In this document: positions 1-10,800 of the stretch, piece by piece | Layout: the number at the start of each line of letters is the position of its first letter | Position numbering within the stretch: position 1 is the first letter of the stretch | Assembly (NCBI GenBank): GCA_000165345.1 | Contig: CM000433.1 | Span: 192,001 to 256,000 of the forward strand | Reading direction: 5' to 3' | Length of the DNA: 64,000 bases | Made by a program: the position numbers and the translations under genes | Notes under the pieces: generated by a model | The model's input: only the letters and a program-made list of their open reading frames with translations | What the model was told of the DNA's origin: nothing | The model's database searches: none

Positions 1-3000
1 GCCATATTTGTATAACATTGGGGAACTAAGTTATCATTGGATTTATTATGATTAGGATTACTTTCCGCTTTATTTTCAAGATTTCCATAGAAATTAGCAT
101 TAAAGAAGTCAACTTGAGGATCTTGACCAGAATAATTACCCTCGCTTCCTAGAGTTATTTTTCTTGTAACAACCATATCCTCAAAGTTTGACTTTTTCTT
201 CATCTTAAGGATCTTTTTCTGTTCCTTTTCTTGTTTTTCTTTCATTTCTTTTTCTTCTTTAATGATCATTTCCTTAGTCTTCAAAGCTGACCATGCTGTG
301 TGGTTGTCTGGAGGACCAGGATCATACAAAGGATCTAAAGATAATTTGAATTCCAATAAAGTCAAATAAGCATTAATTCTTTCTTCAAGTTCTGAGCTTC
401 TATCGAATAATGTATCCTTTCCCAATTTTTGTCTGTTTAATACAATATTTTCTTCAACTGAAACTGATATTGACTCTTCTAATTTTTCAACAGCTCTTCC
501 TTGCAGCGGTGGTTCTATGATCAAATCCTGGAAGATATTTTCTGGTTTTGATCCACAGAATGTTCTCCATTTATAGGGATTATTTAAATCATATGTGATC
601 AAAGCAGGGTGGTGATTGCCCAGATTACCCCAAACTTGCCTATTATTAAAAACCAATTCAATTGTACTATAGGGTACATATGAAATAAGTTCTGGAGTCA
701 AAAATCTTTTATCTGGAATAATGGGTATATTCTTAATGTATTCTGTGATAACTTTTTTAATAATATCTAAACTAGTATTTTGGAACTTAATTTTGTCAGA
801 TTTTCGATTGCCAATATCTTCTTCATCTTCTTCAGCAGGATTATTGTATTCTACCTCTTTTGGATCAATTTTTATGTCTGGAACCAAAAATTCACCCCAA
901 ATATCTATACCCATGTTTTCATTGGCATGCGTTTCAACATATTTAACTTGCCCTGTTTGTTTCAACCATTCAAACCATTGCTGCAAATATAGCCCGTTGT
1001 AGTATTCTCTTTCCTTCTCAAACATTTCGACCCTTGAGCTATCGTCAGGAACTTCTACATCATTATTATCATTATTTACTGACGGCATGACCTCTGCATT
1101 TTGTTGAAATGGATTTCTCATTGAATAATACGGATCTATTCCATACCTACAAGGAAGTACATATCTTTGTTTATTTGTAACTTCCCAAAATTGAACATGA
1201 CCAAATCTGTGTCTAGTCATGACCCACATATGTTCTAGCGTCCCATTTTCGATTGTACCTTTACATACATATGCATCGAATCCGATCCCTAATAAACAAC
1301 TACAAAACATTAATACATGATCTCCAATACTTCCCTTTTTTGATAATAAGAACAAATTAGGAGGAGTAAGTTCTGGAATCTTCCCTGGTGGTTTAATTTG
1401 ACTTTCCAATGTTATATACATAAAATTGTTAATCCAATGCAACAAACTTCCTTCATTTGATATCAAATTTGGAACTGCAATAGGAGATATATATGAACAT
1501 AATGGAAAAATCTCTTCAGTTTGTGGATGTCTCTGTAATACATTGAAATTTCTTTTATCAGGCGCAGATGAAAACCATTGCTTATAAATCCCTTTCCATT
1601 TGTGAAAATCACGGTTCCATCTATTTCCTAGTTGTTTCCAAATATTGCTGATTGCTTTAGTTGATGGTGGAGCAGGAATCACAACATCAGCAGGGAATGG
1701 TGGAATAAAGAACATCTCAAAATGAATACTTGGTTTTATAACACTCTTCCCAAATCCTTTTGATTGTAGTAACATATTCATATTGAGTACTAAAGTATTA
1801 TAGGGAAGTGTATATAAAGTATTGTTGACAAAAATATTATCATCGTTTTCAGCTCTGTCACCTTCTTGATCAAAATTTGGTTTCCCATCAGCTCTTCTAG
1901 ATCGTTTATCTATTAACCCTTCAGCTAAACATCTAAAATCTTCTTTTCCAAGGGTGTAAATTTTATTTAGATTGACTTCTCCTGATCCCAATAAGATGGA
2001 TGATGTATCACTTCTATTCCAAACTTCAATCTTTAATGGGCCTTTACAGAGTAAGTCGATCGGTAAACATTTTCTCCTAAAGCTTGGAATCAAAAGTTCT
2101 CTTTGATCCAAAATTCTTACAGGAAAGTACAAATTTTGGTTATATACTGGCCTCCTTGTTTTTTCTCTGACTGAAGATGTATTAACAACTCCATCCCAAG
2201 TAACTTTTACTATAGGGTCAGAAGTACCCGTTACTCCATCTGCAGCAGCTAAATTATCACACTTGAAGAGCCTAAAGACCAAATACCTTTCATTTATATT
2301 TAACTGAGAAACCAATGCTGCTCCTGAAGCAACTTGAGACGGCCTACTTCTAATATTTTCATTAGGTTGGCCTGTGCTCTTTGAATAGCAAAAAACATTA
2401 CCAATGATTTCCCCTCCAACAATCTTGTAAATATCGATTGTTATTCTCTTAATTATCGTTTTAACTAAGGGATAACTTTCTACAGATGCTAAAGAAATCA
2501 TTGCAGCTCCTATTACAGAAGGTCCAAATTTTAAATAAGCTAACACTTCTACTATTATATATGCATTTCTTAACTGACATCTCGTTCCAGTAAATACAAA
2601 CTCGCAAACTGACTTCCAATAACCTCCAGTAGAATATGGAGTAATCATAGTTTCTGCATTGATAAATATTAATGTTTAAAGAAATTTATTACATTTCAAC
2701 TTACTCCTAGAAGACATTCCTGAAGTTATATCATTATTTAAAGGTACCTTTAGTCTCAAAAATTTGGGTGCTTTTTTAATTTCAATAGGAAGTTTCTTAT
2801 TAGGAATAAAACTCCAATTTTCCAAGGAAATATCAAAATCAAAAATTTCTTGTAACTGTAAAGTTACTCTGCTTCTATGCACTTCAAAACTTTTTTGGTT
2901 AAGATCTTTACGAGGTTTTCCATCCTTTCCCAAAGGTGCAGGAAGATGCTTTTTAAACATTAAATGAGTTTCTGGATCGTTTTCCAGTACATCTTTGAGT

Positions 3001-3759
3001 GTAAGTTTGACTGAAGCAAGCAGTTGGTTGAAAGTAAAGGTTCCAATTGTCCAGAGCTTAATGGATATTTGAAACATCTCTAATTCAGAATACGATATAT
3101 ATAAGATCTTTTTTGGCCAAACGATAATCGGGAAAGTTAATACTTTTACTTCTCCTGGTTTTAATAAAGTCGCAGCTGTATAAACCATCATTCTCTTTAA
3201 AGTTCCTTCGTAGTTTCTCTCTGGATTAACATGCCCAAATTCAATAACATAGAAGAATTCTTGTGGTGTATTTTCTAGATTTTCACTAGTATGAATAAAA
3301 AAAGAAGCTTCCCATACTCTGAGTTTCTTCATATAATCAACCTCGAATTCAAATCGTTTTTGCAGAAATCTGGATTCATCAACTTTTTGTTGCTCAACAT
3401 CATATTCATCAAAATCGTCCTCCGCAGCAGCATCAAAAGCTTCTGAATCTTCGCGTTCATCATCTGAGTCATGTTTTTTTTCCATTTCAATATCTTGTCC
3501 CATTGGTTTACCTATTTTTTTTTGACTTCTGTAACCCTTCAAATCGAATAAAGGAACTTCAAATCTACTTTGGTCTAAAAGATAAAATATAATTGATCTA
3601 TTTCAACTAATTCAAAGTAAACTTACCAATCACATTTTCTTCAAATTCCACCTCACCTTTGAAGTCTAACCTCCAAATCTCGCCTTCATCAAATCCTGCA
3701 TTTTTAAGCACTTCCTTATTTATTTCTTTTTTGTTTTTCTTATTCTTCTTTTTAACCAT
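1..3759 (-). CDS. Three-exon gene whose 3' end lies beyond the window start: large protein with a C2 domain and a transglutaminase-like (papain-fold) domain, resembling CC2D2A/CEP76. Exons are 3627..3759, 2705..3574 and <1..2653.
   Basis: The ATG is at 3759. Intron 1 (3575..3626) has a GTAAGT donor and TTTTAG acceptor and joins onto the 288-aa ORF in the track. That ORF is followed by an in-frame TAA, then 30 nt, then a long open frame. A 51-nt intron (2654..2704, donor GTAAGT, acceptor CAG) removes the TAA and keeps the frame. The downstream frame stays open to position 1, and no minus-strand ORF is listed there because no stop is reached. C2 signature: DGVTGTSDPIVKVTWDG...RPVYNQNLYFP. Transglutaminase-like core: HVLMFCSCLLGIGFDAYVC...EHMWVMTR. 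Confidence 0.55.
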
Positions 3760-4225
3760 CTTTAGATGCTTAATAACTTAAACAAAAACTAATCTATGGA
3801 AATCCTTTCAATTTTATATTTCTCTTATTTCGATTAATTTTTTTAATCTTATTATTCAACATGTAGATCAGCTTCATGTTCAGAACCCCACAGCTACCGC
3901 CAAATCCAGGTATGACTTTATTATTTTAAAAACATTGCATGCAGTTTTGCACCTAGAATAAATTGAATAGTTTTTTTTTAGAATGTTCATAGGATTAATT
4001 TAAAATTTTTATTCATTAGTGATTCTTATGTGTTAAAACAAACGATTATATCAGGGTTTGATTTATAAAACACTATATTTTCTGTAATATCATTTTCCAA
4101 ACATCAATATCAGAGAATTCGAATGGAAAGGGCTTACCATCTTTTCTGTTTTGGAAACTATTATTTCTCTAAAAGTTAGAATATAATTTCTTGGAGAGAA
4201 CTATACCATTTTATCTTGTTTTAAA

Positions 4226-5872
4226 ATGCAAAGTAAAGTCATTTTTAGGATCTTGGTATTGATCATTTCGGTGATTGGATCCTTATACTCAATAATTCAA
4301 TTAATGCTAAAGGAGCTATCAAGTAACAAAAATATTCAAGAGGTTAGTCATTCAAGGAGGCTAATAAGTGAACCTTACAGTGAAAGTATTAATGAACAAA
4401 ATGATCAAGATTGGAAAGAACTAAAGCTAATAATTCCAAATCATTCTCAAATTAACCAGCAGGAAAAAAATGGTAATTTGATTGAGTTTAAAGTTTATAT
4501 ATACTCAGCATATTATGATTGGAGAATAGATAGGATACGAATAAATTCACTTATCCCATCGAATTTTTATGATCGAATAGAAATGGAATGTGCAATAATC
4601 TTGGACAAAAATATTTACACAGGAACTATTAAAAAAGTGATTCATAAGGAGCACCATAATAAAGAATATGTATCATCGACTTTACTCTGCGAAATTGCAA
4701 AAAATGAAATTAAATTTGAGGATATTTCAAGGAAAGTTTTGATAACAATTTTGGAAAATGGAAACAGCACAAATAAATCAGAAATATGGATAACTCTAAA
4801 AAAAATTCCAAAAAATAGCTCTAATAATCATGAGCTGACTGTTTGTGTGAGACCTTGGTGGGGAGAGCCAATAAAGAATGGAAACTTGGGAAATAAACAA
4901 AAATTTAACAATTCAGGGTTAATGCTTGAATTTATTAATTCATATTTATTCTTAGGAGCAAATAAATTTTATTTATATCAAAATTACTTGGACATTGACG
5001 AAGATGTAAGAAATATAATAAATTATTATTCTAATATCAAAAATGTTTTGGAAATTATTCCATACTCATTACCAATAATTCCATTTAAACAAGTTTGGGA
5101 TTTCGCACAAACAACAATGATACAGGACTGCCTACTAAGAAATATTGGAAAAACAAAATACTTGTTATTCGTAGATACCGATGAATTTGTATTTCCAAAC
5201 TTGAAAAATTATAACTTAATGGATTTTTTAAATTTATTAGAAGCCAACAATCCTTATTATAAAAACAAAGTCGGGGCAATGTGGATTCCAATGTATTTTC
5301 ATTTTTTAGAGTGGGAATCTGATAAAAATAATTTGAAGAAATATTCAACAATTGAGAAAAAAATTAAGAAAAAGATGGCAAATATTGAGTTTGTTCTATA
5401 TCGTAAAACATGTAGAATGTTAAGTTCTGGAACAAAAAAAAGTGACAAGACGAGAAGAAAAGTTATTATTAGACCTGAAAGAGTTTTGTATATGGGTATA
5501 CATGAAACAGAAGAGATGCTAAGCAAAAAATTTCATTTCATTAGAGCTCCTGTAATTAATGTGGGTGGAGGAAACGAACTAAGTATATATTTACATCATT
5601 ATAGAAAAGCAAAAGGTATTGTAAACAATGATCCCAAACAAAGAGAACTTGTGAATATGTATTTAGAAAATGTTTGTTCAGATAAGCTGTTAGATTCAGG
5701 GGGAGATTCCATTCAAGATGGAGTAATTGTCGACAATACTGTTTGGGAGATATTTGGAACACACTTATACCAGATAATTTTTGAGCATATTAAAGAAATC
5801 CAAGATATGTACACAAATAAGGAAATAATTAATGGAAATAAAAATTTAAGTGTTGAAGAATTACATAATTAA
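4226..5872 (+). CDS. Type II membrane protein with a glycosyltransferase family 92 (DUF23)-like domain
   Basis: Single 548-aa ORF with a true ATG. There is an N-terminal hydrophobic anchor (FRILVLIISVIGSLYSII). The segment LMLEFINSYLFLGANKFYLYQNY...AQTTMIQDCLLRNIGKTKYLLFVDTDEFVFP matches the GT92 core (EWIEYH..G...FY.Y ... Q..A.NDC..R....KY..F.D.DEF..P). Confidence 0.5.
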   Translation: MQSKVIFRILVLIISVIGSLYSIIQLMLKELSSNKNIQEVSHSRRLISEPYSESINEQNDQDWKELKLIIPNHSQINQQEKNGNLIEFKVYIYSAYYDWRIDRIRINSLIPSNFYDRIEMECAIILDKNIYTGTIKKVIHKEHHNKEYVSSTLLCEIAKNEIKFEDISRKVLITILENGNSTNKSEIWITLKKIPKNSSNNHELTVCVRPWWGEPIKNGNLGNKQKFNNSGLMLEFINSYLFLGANKFYLYQNYLDIDEDVRNIINYYSNIKNVLEIIPYSLPIIPFKQVWDFAQTTMIQDCLLRNIGKTKYLLFVDTDEFVFPNLKNYNLMDFLNLLEANNPYYKNKVGAMWIPMYFHFLEWESDKNNLKKYSTIEKKIKKKMANIEFVLYRKTCRMLSSGTKKSDKTRRKVIIRPERVLYMGIHETEEMLSKKFHFIRAPVINVGGGNELSIYLHHYRKAKGIVNNDPKQRELVNMYLENVCSDKLLDSGGDSIQDGVIVDNTVWEIFGTHLYQIIFEHIKEIQDMYTNKEIINGNKNLSVEELHN

Positions 5873-5924
5873 AGAATAATAACTATAATTAAATAAGAAT
5901 GAGTAATAAATCATTTTCTTGGTA

Positions 5925-7538
5925 TTAATTTGGTTTTTCTAGTTCTGAAACATTATGTGGATGGTTCAATAAGATGTGCCTAAAAAAGGAAAAGAAGCAA
6001 TCAATAGCTAACAGAATGATTACAATCCAAGTCAATCGGTTAGCATGTGTAGTTTGATACTCTTCGGTAATAACTTTCAAGAGTTCTTGCATCATTACTA
6101 TTCGTCTGTTAAGGACTTGAAGCCTCTCGGAAATTTCCAAGTATTCTTGGAGATTCCTCCAAACTGAATGAAATTTATAATTATGCCAAAAAATTTCAGG
6201 TATATCAAGAAAATCCTCAACTAAATTAACTGAAATTTGATAAGAATACAATTCAGAAAATCTTTTCCTTACTTGAGGAACCTCTACCTTAAATTCCTCT
6301 TCAATAACGCTAGAAGCTCCAACCTGGGCAAGTTTTAGTGGCAAATATTTAATGTTTTCAACACAATCCTCAATGAAGTCTTCAAACAAAGAAAGTCTTA
6401 TACTCTGACCAATTGCAAGGGAGGCTGCAAGTTTTTCCTCTGAGCTTCTAGTTTTCAAAGTAACAATATCAGAAATTACTTTCCGGTTATTTCTATAAAA
6501 TCTGCTGTATGCAAAATTGCCATAATTAAAAAGCATAGTGTAGTACTGACAATTTTTGGAGTATTTTCCAACAAACCCCCCAAATGAATATAGAGAGAGG
6601 AATGTAATAATATCTTCAAACCTTTCATCTGAATGCTTTGGAGAGTTCAAATGCGTTAGAGAGTCTGATGTAACTTCTTCATTGCTCCAAGCGACGATTA
6701 CTCCATTTTTAAATATAAAAATAGGGTTTTCAAGCCTTTTCCAATAATTTTCATCGTTCGAATAGCACTCCCCTCGTTCTATTATTTCGTCATTGTAAAT
6801 ATCTTCAAGTTTAGACGGAATTACGGGTTTTGATGGATTTTCATTCTGAAATAAAGAATATTCTTCATAACTGGAGTATTGTTTTGAATATCTGGAATCT
6901 AATAATTTTGCTCTATCTTCGATATTAGAGAATTTTTTTTCAGACCCTTTCCAATTGGTCATTTCATCACAACCAACCATGTGGTTTTTAGGATTATCCT
7001 CAATTGTACGCCTTCTACCAGACCTTCCGAGTATCATTTTAATTGACGGATATATACCAGCAGGAAAAAGAACCTTTCCTAGTCGCCCTTGAGTTGCCCA
7101 GGTAATTTCAATTTTATCGAAATATGGGTTTAAATCAAAGACTAATATACTTTTTTCCTTATCCACGTACCAGTGACAATAGTTATGTTTGTCAAGGGCG
7201 GATCTAATACTCTCTAAATTGTATCCTTCACACAAACAAAACCCTCGAATTACATTAAAGCTTTCTGATAACTCTGGGTATTGAAATTTAGGAGATTTAC
7301 TCTCTATTGGATTTATTGAGCCATTTCTATTTGAAAATTCGGATGCTTCTGAACTAAATTTAGTGCTACGCCATTTAGAAGATCTCCATCCCCTTCTTTC
7401 TGCTCTACTAGTAAAGTTTGTTCTATTTGATGCTATATTTGAATAGTTTGTTCTCTCATTGGGTGAACAATTATTATTAAATTGGCTACCTGCTATAATT
7501 TTGCCTTCTAAGTAATTATTTACTTTAGGTGTATCCAT
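5925..7538 (-). CDS. RMD1/Sif2-family protein (DUF155) with a C-terminal transmembrane helix
   Basis: 537-aa ORF with an ATG start. The DUF155-like core is IFIFKNGVIVAWSNEEVTSDSL...LKLAQVGASSVIEEEF. The C-terminal hydrophobic segment WIVIILLAIDCFFSFF is typical of RMD1/RMD8 proteins. Confidence 0.45.
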   Translation of the reverse strand: MDTPKVNNYLEGKIIAGSQFNNNCSPNERTNYSNIASNRTNFTSRAERRGWRSSKWRSTKFSSEASEFSNRNGSINPIESKSPKFQYPELSESFNVIRGFCLCEGYNLESIRSALDKHNYCHWYVDKEKSILVFDLNPYFDKIEITWATQGRLGKVLFPAGIYPSIKMILGRSGRRRTIEDNPKNHMVGCDEMTNWKGSEKKFSNIEDRAKLLDSRYSKQYSSYEEYSLFQNENPSKPVIPSKLEDIYNDEIIERGECYSNDENYWKRLENPIFIFKNGVIVAWSNEEVTSDSLTHLNSPKHSDERFEDIITFLSLYSFGGFVGKYSKNCQYYTMLFNYGNFAYSRFYRNNRKVISDIVTLKTRSSEEKLAASLAIGQSIRLSLFEDFIEDCVENIKYLPLKLAQVGASSVIEEEFKVEVPQVRKRFSELYSYQISVNLVEDFLDIPEIFWHNYKFHSVWRNLQEYLEISERLQVLNRRIVMMQELLKVITEEYQTTHANRLTWIVIILLAIDCFFSFFRHILLNHPHNVSELEKPN

Positions 7539-7807
7539 ATTATACTAAACTCGAATTCTACTTCGAGAATAATTCAATTTAAACCTGATTCTTTCAATTT
7601 TTTAGAATATTTTGAATAAAAATATTAACCATTATTCAGCATATAAACAAAATATTTTATTATTTAAAAAAGAAAAGTAGTTAAAAAGTATATTGGAAAT
7701 GAACTTTAATCCTATTTTACAAGTGACAAAAAAATTCAAATAATCAAAATAAACCTGGCGCCAAATCGTCAACTTGAAAATTTAAAACTAAATATAGATT
7801 ATTTATG

Positions 7808-10800
7808 CTAAAGTAAGAATGAGGAAAATACTGATTTATCATTTTTGTAGTTCTTTTGATTGACTTTATTGAGATTTGGAGGATTGAGTACAGGAACCAT
7901 TCTTCTCTTCCAATCATTGGAATTTTCAAGCTCATTAATGACTATCGCAATACCTATCTTGAATCTTTCTCTCGCTGAGTCATCGAGAAAAATGAGCTGA
8001 AGAGAAGTCAGCCTAGACAACTTCTTTCTTTCTTTACTAGTAGCATCCTTTGAATCGCTGACATCTCCATCGCTTTCGTCAGATCCTAGTAGGGGATCTT
8101 CATCACTACTTGTTGGTTTAAAAATTTTAGCCTTTGCATCATTTTCCGCATCACCTTTAGATTTCTCCCATTGATTCTTTTTCTTCTTTTTCTTCTTTTT
8201 CTTTTTTGGGCATAATTGATAAACTAGTTTGACTTCTGGTTCTTCTAGTGGGCCAAATTGTGCAATTCTTAAACGGTGAATCCTAAATACACGTAATTTT
8301 TGGAACAAATTTTCCTTTGCAAGCTTTAGCCTTGTTTCATACCAAGTAGCAAATTCAGATCTGAAATTCTTTAAAGAAATTCCAATGGATTTATTCTCTA
8401 ATTTTCTTGTATTGGTTCCCGGTTTTGAGTTTTTATTCTCTTCATTATTTTTGTCGATTGATTCATCATTCCCTTGAAATTTATCTTCAGATATATCTAC
8501 ATTTTGGTTCGGTATTTTATCCAATATTCCCAAAAAATTCATTAGTCCATGCTTTTGAACTCCAGAAATGCTATCACTTACTTCCTTTAAACTAGAAATT
8601 TCAACGCTTGGTGGTATTACCATTTCTCTTCTAAAATATAAATCCTCACCAGTTTCCAGCATATTTGAATCAGGGCAAAACCAAAATCTCCAATCTACAA
8701 GAAACTCATATACACTATTAATTGTTACTACATATAACTTTAGTTGTGCCTTTTCTGCGTCATGTAGCATTGCAGCCCTTGGATACGCAGAAATAGGAAA
8801 TCTACTTTTCCGCTTTGGAGGAAAAATTAAATCAGAAACTGTATCTATCATTTCATCAATGAAGAACTTCTTTTTTTTCAAATCTGGGGGCCTTAAAGAA
8901 TATAGCTTATCAATTTTTGGATTGTTTATTTCTTCTGGCTTTAATTTTTCACCTAAAGCAAATTGTATTGCTCTAACATTGTCAATCCTTAATAAATGGC
9001 TCAAACAAGTTCTACTCACAAAATCATTATATATATTCAACGGAATACTCAAAAACTCGGCAGACTTTTTTCTGATTCGATTAAGCATCTCATCTCTATC
9101 ATCAATTTTATCAAATATTATTATATCATAAATTGTACTTCTCCATGTAAAATTAGAATTTATCGCATCAACATTTTCTGACGTTTTATCGTTTTGAGAT
9201 GTAGAACCAGAATTTAAGTTCCATCCAAGCATTGCTGTTTGCTCACCCAATAAGCTTCTAACAATTCTCTTTAGATCCGAGTATTCCCTTTTAATTATCG
9301 CTGTTGGATCCTCTTTATACTTAAATTGTTCGTTTGCCACTACATTTCTCACGGTTTTTGGTCTTTCAAAAATATAATAAGCATTTGTAGTTAATATTAA
9401 AACGCTTCTTATACTTTGAGGAGGCCCTGGGTCTTCATTATCGGAATTACTCCCACCTAAAATCCCGGATAAATTGATCCCTGTCAATTCGGAAATACTT
9501 GAAGATATATCATTGCCTTTTTTAGTTGATTCATCATTTTTTTTGCTTCTTTCCTTCTTCACATAATCTCTTAGCTCTTTAGTCTGTATAAATACATAGC
9601 AAGGATAAACCCCAATAATTCTTTCATTTCTTTCGTAATAATATGATAAAAAGAGCTCCACTCCCTTTGAAAAATGTAAGGTATTAACATGATCCATTAA
9701 CTCAAAGACAAAAGAGCGTCTCAAAGGAAAATGTCTAAAAATTGTCTGAAATGTAAAACCCTCTACTACATAATACCTATATTTGGAAGATTTTTCCATA
9801 AGCAGAGATAGCGACTTAGAACTATATTGTCTCATTGACTCTCTCAATTTAATCATGGTTTCTGGCATTTCCTCCTTCTTTTCTTGTATGTATTTTCTAG
9901 TAAACATTAGCGGAATATGAGCCATATATGTGCCATGACTACTACCAATAGAAATCTGAATATCAAATAATACCATCTGTTGTAGACAGTTTAAAAGTAG
10001 AGGACTAATAAAATATCGAATAGACTTTTCCAGTCCATATTCATTTATGGATTCAACTCTAGAAAATTGAATATTCCCCAATAATTCCAACATTGAATAT
10101 ATTGCTTTACATAAGCAAGTGCAAAGTAGTTGCTCTTCTGGTTTTAAGTGCCTTCTTGTTGCTTGCTGTAATATATAGACAATGGCATCCAAAATTGAGT
10201 TAATAAACCAAAATCCAATATATAGAGGTATTAATAAATCCATAGATGCTGCATTAGTATTTGTTTCAAGCTCAAAAATATCACTTAAAATTATCAGGAA
10301 CTTTGAAGCTACGTGGGATTCTAATAATCCGCAACTTAGTACCAGCTTTGCAGTTCCATCCAAAATGTAAGGTTTCAGCATGACTTTCTTTGCATAACTT
10401 CTCAGTTTCAAGCTCGTATTTGATTTTATGCATACAAATATTATTCTCAAAAATGGTGCTACAGCAAGATGAATATTCACTGTTGCAGAAATAATGTTCT
10501 TCCAAACAGAGCCAGATCCTTCCAATTTATTTTGAGCTTTTACCGTTTCAGATGAACTTAGAGATGCAGAAGTTAAACTAATTGAGTTACTGGAGTTTGC
10601 ACCTCCAATATTATCAAAACTTAAAGAATTAGAAACTTTTAAATCACTTTCTATAGATCCAGTAGTTAGCGGCCCATATTTGTTGTAGACACCATGTAGA
10701 ATATTCCTTGCTCTTGGATGAATAATAATTGTTTCCTCGTTGGGATTTGCTTCGTAATCCAAATCTGCAACTTCTTCAATTTCAATATCAGAATCTGATA

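Noticed and set aside
721-1002. Two overlapping plus-strand ORFs (93 and 70 aa)
   Set aside because: They lie antisense inside the long minus-strand C2/TGL exon, have low-complexity hydrophobic translations, and have no start context. They are frame-shadow ORFs.
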